Positions 47,210 through 54,503 of a DNA stretch of 64,000 bases are shown here, in pieces. Position numbers and translations under genes: made by a program. The notes under the pieces are model-generated. The model had not been told where the DNA came from. It searched no databases and saw only the letters and a program-made list of their open reading frames with translations. Origin of the DNA: Bryobacterales bacterium (GTDB taxonomy: Bacteria > Acidobacteriota > Terriglobia > Bryobacterales > UBA6623); assembly GCA_965248305.1 (NCBI GenBank), contig OZ252099.1, positions 6,331,658 through 6,395,657 of the forward strand. Reading direction: 5' to 3'. The first letter of the stretch is position 1. Each line of letters opens with the position of its first letter.

Positions 47210-49957
47210 ATGCGACTTCGCCTCCGGGTCGGTGACCCCATTCTTTCCGCATTGCTAGCTGGATGCCTACTGGCTGGCGCGACGCAATCTGCCGTCGCTC
47301 AATCCGCGCCCAATCTGGACCGCGTCCTGACATTGGCGGAGTCCAGAACCGGACCCGCTTCCCTCGCCGTGGATCGGGGCGCTGCCGGCCTATGGCAGCG
47401 CCTGCTGCGCCTGCAGACGACGGCGAGCGCCCTGTACACCGCAGCCCATCCAGATGACGAACAGGGCGGGACGCTCACCTACCTCAGCCGCGGGCAGGGC
47501 GTGCGCACCTCAATGCTGACTCTCAACCGAGGAGAGGGTGGGGCCAACGCCATCGGAGCCGAGCTGTTCGACGGAGTGGGCTTGATTCGTACGGAGGAGC
47601 TGCTCGTCTCCGATCGCTATTACGGGCTTGACGACCAGTACTTCACCACCCTCATCGACTACGGCTATTCCAAGAATCTGGATGAGGCTCTCCGGCAGTG
47701 GGGCCGGGAGAACGTCCTGCGGGATGTCGTGAGAGTCATTCGGATCAATCGTCCGCTGGTGCTCGTGGCGCGCTTCTACGGGGGGCCAAGAGACGGTCAC
47801 GGGAATCATGAAACTGCCGGAGCAGTTACCCAGGAAGCATTTGCCCTGGCCGGCGACCCCGACCGGTTTCCCGAGCAGATCAGTGAGGAGGGCCTAAGGC
47901 CCTGGCAGCCTCTCAAGGTCTATCGCAGCAATCTGCGGTCGACGCGCCTGGCGGGCCCCAGCAGCCAGCCGCCCGATCACCGCTGGCATGTCGACATCAA
48001 CGCCGGGACATTCAGCCCTTGGCTGGGCGAGAGCTACGAGGAATTCTCGGGCCTGGGCTTGAGCTTCCAACGCTCCCAGAACAGTGGCCGTCGGCGCGAG
48101 CGGCCCGGGGCTCACCACCACTTCTTCGAACGGGTGGACAGCCGCGTTGAGGCTCCGGAGCGCGAATCCGGATTCTTCGACGGCATCGATACGTCAATTT
48201 CGGGCATCTACCGGCTGGTAGGCGGGACGCCCCCGGAGGGGGTTTCCGCGATGCTGGCGGAGACCGAGAGCCGGGTCCAAGACGCCGTAGCGGCGTACAG
48301 CGTCCACAACCCCGCCGCGGCCGTGCCCTTTCTGGTCCAGGGCCTGCGGCTGATCCGCGAGGCGGCCCGGCTGTCCGCGGGCCACGACGAGGCGCTCTTC
48401 CTGCTGACGATCAAGGAACGCCAGTTCCAGGATGCCATCAACACGGCTCTGGGACTGCAGTTCCGGGCCGTGTCGGCCCCGCTCGATACGCCAGGGCCGA
48501 CTTCCCCGTTCGCGCGGCCCGCCACGATGGGCGCGGTTGTACCCGGCCAGGAATTCCAAGTGGATGTTGCGCTGGTCAATCCCTCCAGCCTGCCGATCGA
48601 GACCGAGCGGATCTCGCTGGAAAGTGCAGGGGACTGGGGAGTTGAGGGGGATTCGCAATCAGGGAAGTCGCTGCATTCGGGAGAGGCGCTCGCGGCCAAG
48701 TTCGCCGTCACAACGCCTCAGGGTGCGACGCTTGCCCAGCGCTATTTTCGGCGCGAGTCGGTCCAGGATAGCCGCTACCAGATTCGGGAGCCGGAATACT
48801 TGCATCTGGCCGGCCGCCTGCCGGCCCTGTCGGCCGCAGTCGACTACTCGATCGGAGGGCAGCGGGTCCGGGCGAGCGCGGTGGTGCATCGCCGGGAGGC
48901 GAATCTCCCGTACGGCTACGAGTACCGCGAGCTGAAGGTCGTGCCAGCCGTTTCGGTCAACGTCTCCCCGGCCAATCTGATCGTCCCACTTGGTTCGCGG
49001 CGGAACCAAGTGTCGATCGAAGTGGAGTTGTTCAACAACCAGAGAGCAGGAATTCAGGGCGAGATCGTACTGGAGCTGCCCGACGGCTGGCGGGCCCAGC
49101 CCAATCGCCAGAGCTTCCAGTTCTCCCAGGCCAACGCGCGTCGCAATTACAGCTTCTCGGTCACGATCCCCGAACTGGAAGCGGGGACATACGACCTGCA
49201 AGTCGTCGCCCGAGCGGACGGCAGGGATTACCGCCAGGGATATCAGCTGATCCGCCATCGAGACTACGACATTCGCTACCTGTACCGGGATTCGGTGACT
49301 CGCGTCAGAGGCGTCGATGTCAAGCTAGCTCCCCGCTTGAAGGTGGGCTACGTCATGGGCGTCGGGGACGAAGTGCCGAGCGGGATTGAACAGCTGGGCG
49401 CGGAGGTGACGCTGCTGGGCGCCGAGGACTTGGCGACCGGAGACTTGGATGCCTACGGAGCGATCGTGGTCGGCACGCGAGCCTATGCCGTGCGCCAGGA
49501 CTTGATCAACTACAACCAGCGGCTGCTCGACTACTCGAGTGCCGGGGGCAACCTCATCGTGCTTTACCAAACCCAGGAGTTCATCCCCGGCAACTGGGCC
49601 GCGTTCCCGGCCGATCTGCCTCGGCGGGCCGAAGAGGTATCCGAGGAGGACGCGCCAGTGAAAATCCTCGCCGCCGAGCACCCGGTCTTCCAACGGCCCA
49701 ACAAGATCGTGGCGGCTGACTTCGACGACTGGGTGGAACAGCGCGGTTCAAAGTTCTTTTCCAGTTGGGACGACGCTTACGTTCCGATGATCGAGACGCA
49801 GGACCAAGGGCAAGAGCCGCAGCGGGGGGGGTGGCTGACGGCACGGCACGGCACGGGGTACTACACGTATTTCGCCTACGCCGTGCATCGCCAGGTGCCC
49901 TACAGTGTGCCCGGCGCGTATCGGATTTTCGCGAACCTGCTATCGCTGGGCCGGTGA
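47210..49957 (+). CDS. Large secreted PIG-L/LmbE-family deacetylase domain protein
   Basis: Signal peptide, then ..LYTAAHPDDEQGGTLTYLSRGQGVRTSMLTLNRGEGG.. (the PIG-L PDDE motif). A 915-aa multidomain remainder is unassigned. Confidence 0.8.
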   Translation: MRLRLRVGDPILSALLAGCLLAGATQSAVAQSAPNLDRVLTLAESRTGPASLAVDRGAAGLWQRLLRLQTTASALYTAAHPDDEQGGTLTYLSRGQGVRTSMLTLNRGEGGANAIGAELFDGVGLIRTEELLVSDRYYGLDDQYFTTLIDYGYSKNLDEALRQWGRENVLRDVVRVIRINRPLVLVARFYGGPRDGHGNHETAGAVTQEAFALAGDPDRFPEQISEEGLRPWQPLKVYRSNLRSTRLAGPSSQPPDHRWHVDINAGTFSPWLGESYEEFSGLGLSFQRSQNSGRRRERPGAHHHFFERVDSRVEAPERESGFFDGIDTSISGIYRLVGGTPPEGVSAMLAETESRVQDAVAAYSVHNPAAAVPFLVQGLRLIREAARLSAGHDEALFLLTIKERQFQDAINTALGLQFRAVSAPLDTPGPTSPFARPATMGAVVPGQEFQVDVALVNPSSLPIETERISLESAGDWGVEGDSQSGKSLHSGEALAAKFAVTTPQGATLAQRYFRRESVQDSRYQIREPEYLHLAGRLPALSAAVDYSIGGQRVRASAVVHRREANLPYGYEYRELKVVPAVSVNVSPANLIVPLGSRRNQVSIEVELFNNQRAGIQGEIVLELPDGWRAQPNRQSFQFSQANARRNYSFSVTIPELEAGTYDLQVVARADGRDYRQGYQLIRHRDYDIRYLYRDSVTRVRGVDVKLAPRLKVGYVMGVGDEVPSGIEQLGAEVTLLGAEDLATGDLDAYGAIVVGTRAYAVRQDLINYNQRLLDYSSAGGNLIVLYQTQEFIPGNWAAFPADLPRRAEEVSEEDAPVKILAAEHPVFQRPNKIVAADFDDWVEQRGSKFFSSWDDAYVPMIETQDQGQEPQRGGWLTARHGTGYYTYFAYAVHRQVPYSVPGAYRIFANLLSLGR

Positions 49958-50249
49958 GCGGAGAGGCCCATAGTCCCAAATCCCCGGTTAAATCTTGGGT
50001 GGGCGCAGGGTCGACGGATTTCGGGGCCGAACGCGAACGGAAGATGAACTTCCAGTGGCTGGAGACGGCTGCGGTGCGCCGCAAGACGCCGCCGGAAACG
50101 ATCTGCATGCTCCAACGGCGTTCGATCCGCGACCGAATCTCGCTGACGGCCAGCGGCTGCCCTGCGTTCCGGCTGCGCTGGGGGCGTGTGCCCGCGCACC
50201 GAGCCCCTCGGCCGCTTCCCGCTGCCGCGTCCTAGCCGCCCAACTCCGC

Positions 50250-50408
50250 CTAGCCGGGCGGTTCCAAACACAGCCACGCCTGCGCCAGACAGCCCAGCCG
50301 CCAATTGCCGCGGGCGAACCGCAGAGCGGCCGTCTGACTGGCGATCGTCCCGCTGTCCTTCTGGCGGTCCGATGACACGCGGGCATAAATGGCGACTGTC
50401 TTGTGCAT
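50250..50408 (-). pseudogene. N-terminal remnant of a serine recombinase (resolvase-domain catalytic motif), truncated and frameshifted
   Basis: MHKTVAIYARVSSDRQKDSGTIASQTAALR.. is the canonical Y-x-R-V-S-S-x-x-Q catalytic start. The frame stops after 52 codons. Weak continuation in other frames down to about 49960. Too short to appear in the ORF track. Confidence 0.65.
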
Positions 50409-50533
50409 CTCTCAGGTCCTCCTGCGCAGTAGGCCGCTGCCGGAGCGGGGCGAGCCGGGCGTAGGCCCGGGCCAGCTTGTCGGGCAGGTGGCGATCAAAA
50501 CGGTACTCGAGGCGCAGCACCAGCGGAACGCCC

Positions 50534-50863
50534 TCAGGCATGGGGTTCCCGGGCTGCGAGCAAGGCTTGCAGGGCGCGCGCCACCAGCTCGCTGACCGCC
50601 GTTCCGGTGGAGCGCGAACGCTGTCGCAAGCGCTGGATCAAGCCGCGCGGAAGCCGGACCGACAGCACGTCCTTGCCGTCGGGGACGGGCACGGGCGCGG
50701 TCAGTTGCTGGGCTTCGCGCAGGTAGCGGTAGGCTTGCCGAGTCGAGATGGTGAGCTGGCCGGCGAGGCGTTCGACGGCGTCCGGCAAGTGCGGGCACTG
50801 CTTCAGCAGCGAGCGGGCGAGGTTGAGCCGGTGGGCTTTCTCGGCATCGCTGACGCGGGCCAT
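50534..50863 (-). CDS. Small DNA-binding protein: N-terminal HTH plus C-terminal ribbon-helix-helix (CopG-like)
   Basis: ..LTISTRQAYRYLREAQ.. (HTH-like) and ..VLSVRLPRGLIQRLRQRSRSTGTAVSELVARALQALL (RHH-like), 109 aa. 8-nt overlap with a following small ORF that leads into the recombinase remnant. Confidence 0.6.
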   Translation of the reverse strand: MARVSDAEKAHRLNLARSLLKQCPHLPDAVERLAGQLTISTRQAYRYLREAQQLTAPVPVPDGKDVLSVRLPRGLIQRLRQRSRSTGTAVSELVARALQALLAAREPHA

Positions 50864-50870
50864 GTGGCAT

Positions 50871-50900
50871 ATAATATATACAGTACATGTCTAATGTCAA
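50871..50900 (-). promoter_or_regulatory. Near-consensus sigma70-type promoter placed for a leaderless or near-leaderless transcript of the HTH-RHH gene
   Basis: The minus strand reads TTGACA-18 nt-TATTAT (or 16 nt-TATATT)-7 nt-ATG (50863). There is no room for a Shine-Dalgarno sequence. Confidence 0.5.
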
Positions 50901-50939
50901 TCCTTGTTGCGGAACTCGCAGACGCGCTCGAACGCAAAG

Positions 50940-51269
50940 TTACCTTTTGCGTTGGGGGAGTGCTCGGGCCTCCTCTGGCAGCATCTGGATTTGCAGCCCG
51001 CGCAGCAGCAATTGCGCCAACTGCCCGCACAGGTAATAAGCCTGGCTGGCCGCGTACGACTTGCACGGCGGGTGGTGCAGGTTCAACTTCCGCAGCGATC
51101 CCTTGAAGGCGTTCCCCTAGCCCTGCTTGGCCCGGTGTCGCCGCACCAACTCGGCCAGCGGCAGATCGTCCCGGCTCACCAAAATGAACGAGCACTGCGG
51201 CACCAGCAGGCGTTGCCCGTCCTCGTGCGTGCGCCGAATCACCACATACACTTCCTCCCGGACTGTGAC
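50940..51269 (-). pseudogene. C-terminal fragment of an IS4/IS1380-superfamily DDE transposase with an in-frame TAG
   Basis: VTVREEVYVVIRRTHEDGQRLLVPQCSFILVSRDDLPLAELVRRHRAKQG-TAG(51117-51119)-GNAFKGSLRKLNLHHPPCKSYAASQAYYLCGQLAQLLL.. carries the Y-x2-R-x3-E-x6-K region of DDE_Tnp_1-type transposases. Everything upstream is missing. Confidence 0.65.
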
Positions 51270-51402
51270 TCACACAGAAGCCGTTGCGGTGGGACGAAGT
51301 CAACGACGTCCGGCACGGCCAGTGCCCGTTCCGAGTCGCGCATGCCGAGAGAGCAACCTCGAGACTAACGCTCTCGGGGCATCTGCGCAGCAGTGCTCGC
51401 TT

Positions 51403-51852
51403 CTAGGTGCGGGAACAGCAAAGGTGACAGATTACGCGGCCGTACGCCGGACCGGCTACGTCTCCAGCGCCGGAGTGCGTGATGTCCTCGAGTGTGCCCA
51501 ATTTGCTGGTCCACTCACCAGACACCAGTTGCCGAGCGGCGTGAGTTAGTACTTCATGCCCACGAGGGCCAATCCCAAACAGGGCAACTTTCTCTGTCCC
51601 GGGCTCAGAATCGCCGCTAGGGCAGGGGGAGAATCCCAAGGTGCCGAAAGCGCTTATGAAGGCCTCCCTGGTTTCTGAACGAACAACGCCCCTAGGCCAA
51701 TAACCAATGCCCCGCGCGTCCGGCCACCAGTTCCGATCTACCACACCTGCCGCCCAAGCGATGCAGTTGTACCGATTTGTGAGCGGACTCGTGACTATAG
51801 CGTTATCGGAATTCAGGCCGGGTAAGTCTTCTACACACCAGCTACCAATCAT
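51403..51852 (-). CDS. Hypothetical protein (149 aa) with a Cys...His arrangement suggestive of a papain/NlpC-like hydrolase (unverified)
   Basis: ..TNRYNCIAWAAGVVDRNWWPD..GYWP..EKVALFG..VLTHAARQLVSGEWTSKLGTLEDITH.. 11-nt overlap (ATGATTGGTAG) with the upstream ORF. Low GC. Confidence 0.6.
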   Translation of the reverse strand: MIGSWCVEDLPGLNSDNAIVTSPLTNRYNCIAWAAGVVDRNWWPDARGIGYWPRGVVRSETREAFISAFGTLGFSPCPSGDSEPGTEKVALFGIGPRGHEVLTHAARQLVSGEWTSKLGTLEDITHSGAGDVAGPAYGRVICHLCCSRT

Positions 51853-52456
51853 TTTCCTTTCGTTCGCCCCAGTCCAACCAAGCTTGCGCCATCTTCATGT
51901 AATTCCCACGGTCCTCGTCGTTGACAGCCTGCTCACCGGTGATCACTTCCAACGCCCAAAACCACTGGTCGGGATCCTTTCCCTCGGCCCTCAGCCGCTG
52001 GAGAATCAACGGCACAGCCCGGCGGCCCATTCCAATGATGCTCTGGTATGCCGGGCAGAGGGCGCTCTGTGTAATCGAGGACAACACGCCTCGCTCGGCT
52101 TTCCACTGCTCCACGAAGCGCCGGAACACCATCCAGTCTTCTTGACACTCTGAAATCAACGTTAGACTTTTGACGTGATCGAGTGTATCCTCTCGTAACT
52201 CCATCAAACAGTCTTGCGGTTCCAGTATCGCGGCTATTTGACCGACGCGAGTCAGCGGCTGGTCTGAGTCGATTTCGATCTCGGGGGCTGGATGTCGTCC
52301 CCAGTAGAACCCCGCCTTCAAGCCCAGATCAGGGGCGAAGCCGCGGTTGAGTCCCCCCGGAAGCTTCTCAGAAAGAAGATCCTGATACGGGGATCGCACC
52401 ATGTAGGTTCCGGAACTGTCCGAAACGGTACTGTCCGTTGCTAGTGCCTCTGGCAT
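51842..52456 (-). CDS. Hypothetical protein (204 aa)
   Basis: ATG at 52456 preceded by GAGGTG, which overlaps the upstream stop. The C-terminal helical region is ..CPAYQSIIGMGRRAVPLILQRLRAEGKDPDQWFWALEVITGEQ..MAQAWLDWGERK. No family recognised. Confidence 0.6.
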   Translation of the reverse strand: MPEALATDSTVSDSSGTYMVRSPYQDLLSEKLPGGLNRGFAPDLGLKAGFYWGRHPAPEIEIDSDQPLTRVGQIAAILEPQDCLMELREDTLDHVKSLTLISECQEDWMVFRRFVEQWKAERGVLSSITQSALCPAYQSIIGMGRRAVPLILQRLRAEGKDPDQWFWALEVITGEQAVNDEDRGNYMKMAQAWLDWGERKENDW

Positions 52457-52465
52457 GGTTGCACC

Positions 52466-52801
52466 TCATTGAACTTGATCTGATGTATCGAGAGTAGGCT
52501 TAAAAAGGTGGTCCGCAGCATCCACCGTGAGGATGTTGGTTGACCGGACCAAATAGACCGGAGAACCGTCAGCGTCGAATTCATCCTCCAAACGCATCAC
52601 ATTCGTGATGATAGTCTTAAGGCGCAAGGACGAGCCATCTTCGAGGCTAATATCCGTCCATCGCTCCGTTGATTCGTCGATTTTCACTTTGACTGCTTTG
52701 CGGGCCTGGTTCTTGTACGTGATCGTTGTTCTCTTCTCTGGCATTTGCTTACATCCCTGTTCATACGAAGCCCAAGAACCCAGGAAGTCCTCGCAAGCCA
52801 T
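52466..52801 (-). CDS. Small hypothetical protein (92-111 aa), first gene of a low-GC operon
   Basis: Beta-strand-like sequence ..TITYKNQARKAVKVKIDESTERWTDISLEDGSSLRLKTIITNVMRLEDEFDADGSPVYLVRSTNILTV.. The start is ambiguous (ATG at 52801 or ATG at 52744). Confidence 0.5.
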   Translation of the reverse strand: MACEDFLGSWASYEQGCKQMPEKRTTITYKNQARKAVKVKIDESTERWTDISLEDGSSLRLKTIITNVMRLEDEFDADGSPVYLVRSTNILTVDAADHLFKPTLDTSDQVQ

Positions 52802-52906
52802 TCCAATCGAAGATGTTCCTGTAGCGTACTATGCGAGAGCCTCTCAGACGACCTGTTGTTTCTGCCGCTTGCTGAGGAATCGGCCCTGTGCACGGTAGAA
52901 TGATGC

Positions 52907-54364
52907 ATGGTCTTGGAACCGCCGCCGCTTGCCCTAACCTTCGACGACGTACTCCTGCTGCCCGCCTATAGCGCGGTCCTGCCTTCCGAAGTCGCCACCC
53001 GTACCCAGGTCACGCGCGGCATCAGCATCAACATCCCGATCCTGAGCGCCGCCATGGACACGGTGACCGAGTCCGCTCTGGCGATCGCGCTCGCCCGCCA
53101 TGGCGGGATGGGCATGATCCACCGGAACATGTCCATTGCACGGCAGGCCGAGGAGGTCGACCGCGTCAAGCGCAGCGAGTCCGGCATGATCGTCGACCCG
53201 ATCACGATCTCCCCGGATCACCTCATCCAGGACGCTATGGCTCTGATGTCGCGCTACCGGATTTCAGGTGTACCGGTGACGCAAGACACCAAGTTGGTCG
53301 GGATCCTCACCAATCGAGACCTGCGCTTCGAGCGCCGTCTCGACCTGCCTGTTCGAGATGTGATGACGAAGGACAATCTAGTCACCGTTCCGATCGGCAC
53401 GACTTTGGATGAGGCCGAAAAGCTCCTGCACCGACACCGCATCGAGAAGCTGCTCGTCGTCGATGCGCAGGGCGACCTGAAAGGGCTCATCACTGTTAAA
53501 GACATTCAGAAGAAGCGCAAGTTCCCGAACGCCTCGAAGGACGACAAGGGGCGTTTGCGCGTGGGCGCGGCGGTCGGCGCGAAGGGCGACTATCTGGAAC
53601 GGGCGCAGGAACTGCACGCCAAGAAAGCCGACATTATCGTCGTCGATACGGCGCACGGCCACACCAGCGGCGTGGCCGAGGCTGTCAGTGCGCTGCGGCG
53701 CGAGCTGCCGGACGTGCAACTGGTAGCCGGAAACGTCGCGACCGGCGAAGCGACCGGCGACCTGATCAAGCTCGGGGTGGACGCGGTCAAAGTTGGGATC
53801 GGGCCTGGCTCGATCTGCACGACGCGGATCGTGTCGGGAGCGGGCGTGCCGCAGATCACGGCGGTTTCCGAATGCGTCCAGGCGGCTAAGGGCTCCGGAG
53901 TCCCGATCATCTCCGACGGTGGCATCAAGTACTCGGGCGATATTTCAAAGGCGATCGCGGCCGGCGCGCACAGCGTGATGCTGGGCAGCCTTCTGGCGGG
54001 GACCGAAGAGAGCCCCGGGCAGACCGTGCTGTACCAAGGCCGCACCTACAAGACCTACCGCGGCATGGGGTCTCTCGGGGCGATGCAACAAGGCAGCGAC
54101 CGCTATGACCAAGCGGGCAGCAGCGGCAAGCTGGTCCCGGAAGGCGTGGAGGGCCGAGTGCCCCATAAGGGCCAGCTCGGTGATCTTATCCACCAACTGG
54201 TCGGCGGCCTGCGTGCTGGCATGGGCTATTGCGGGTGTGCGACGATCGAGGCCATGCGGGCCAAGACCCGCTTTGTGCGCATCTCTCCCGCAGGGCTGCG
54301 CGAAGCGCACGTCCATGACGTGCTGATCACGACCGAAGCGCCCAACTACCAGGTCGAGAATTGA
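52907..54364 (+). CDS. guaB: Inosine-5'-monophosphate dehydrogenase
   Basis: [33 protein letters not shown], a CBS pair, ..[14 protein letters not shown].. (catalytic Cys loop), ..[15 protein letters not shown].., 485 aa. Confidence 0.95.
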   Translation: MVLEPPPLALTFDDVLLLPAYSAVLPSEVATRTQVTRGISINIPILSAAMDTVTESALAIALARHGGMGMIHRNMSIARQAEEVDRVKRSESGMIVDPITISPDHLIQDAMALMSRYRISGVPVTQDTKLVGILTNRDLRFERRLDLPVRDVMTKDNLVTVPIGTTLDEAEKLLHRHRIEKLLVVDAQGDLKGLITVKDIQKKRKFPNASKDDKGRLRVGAAVGAKGDYLERAQELHAKKADIIVVDTAHGHTSGVAEAVSALRRELPDVQLVAGNVATGEATGDLIKLGVDAVKVGIGPGSICTTRIVSGAGVPQITAVSECVQAAKGSGVPIISDGGIKYSGDISKAIAAGAHSVMLGSLLAGTEESPGQTVLYQGRTYKTYRGMGSLGAMQQGSDRYDQAGSSGKLVPEGVEGRVPHKGQLGDLIHQLVGGLRAGMGYCGCATIEAMRAKTRFVRISPAGLREAHVHDVLITTEAPNYQVEN

Positions 54365-54503
54365 TCCCGACGCACGCTTGTCGTCCCGCGCGGGCGTGCA
54401 ATACTCAACCTTAGGCCAGCGTGACACCCCGCGCAGGCGCGTACCGTTCCGCTTGCACCTCGACTGGTCCGCGGCCGGTTCACGCATTAGATCGAGGACT
54501 CCC

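Noticed and set aside
52869-52909. guaB lacks a Shine-Dalgarno sequence and has TAGAAT only 5 nt upstream of its ATG, which hints at a leaderless transcript.
   Set aside because: There is no acceptable -35 at 16-18 nt (TTGCTG sits 21 nt away). A single -10-like hexamer is not sufficient evidence. Transcription-start mapping is needed.
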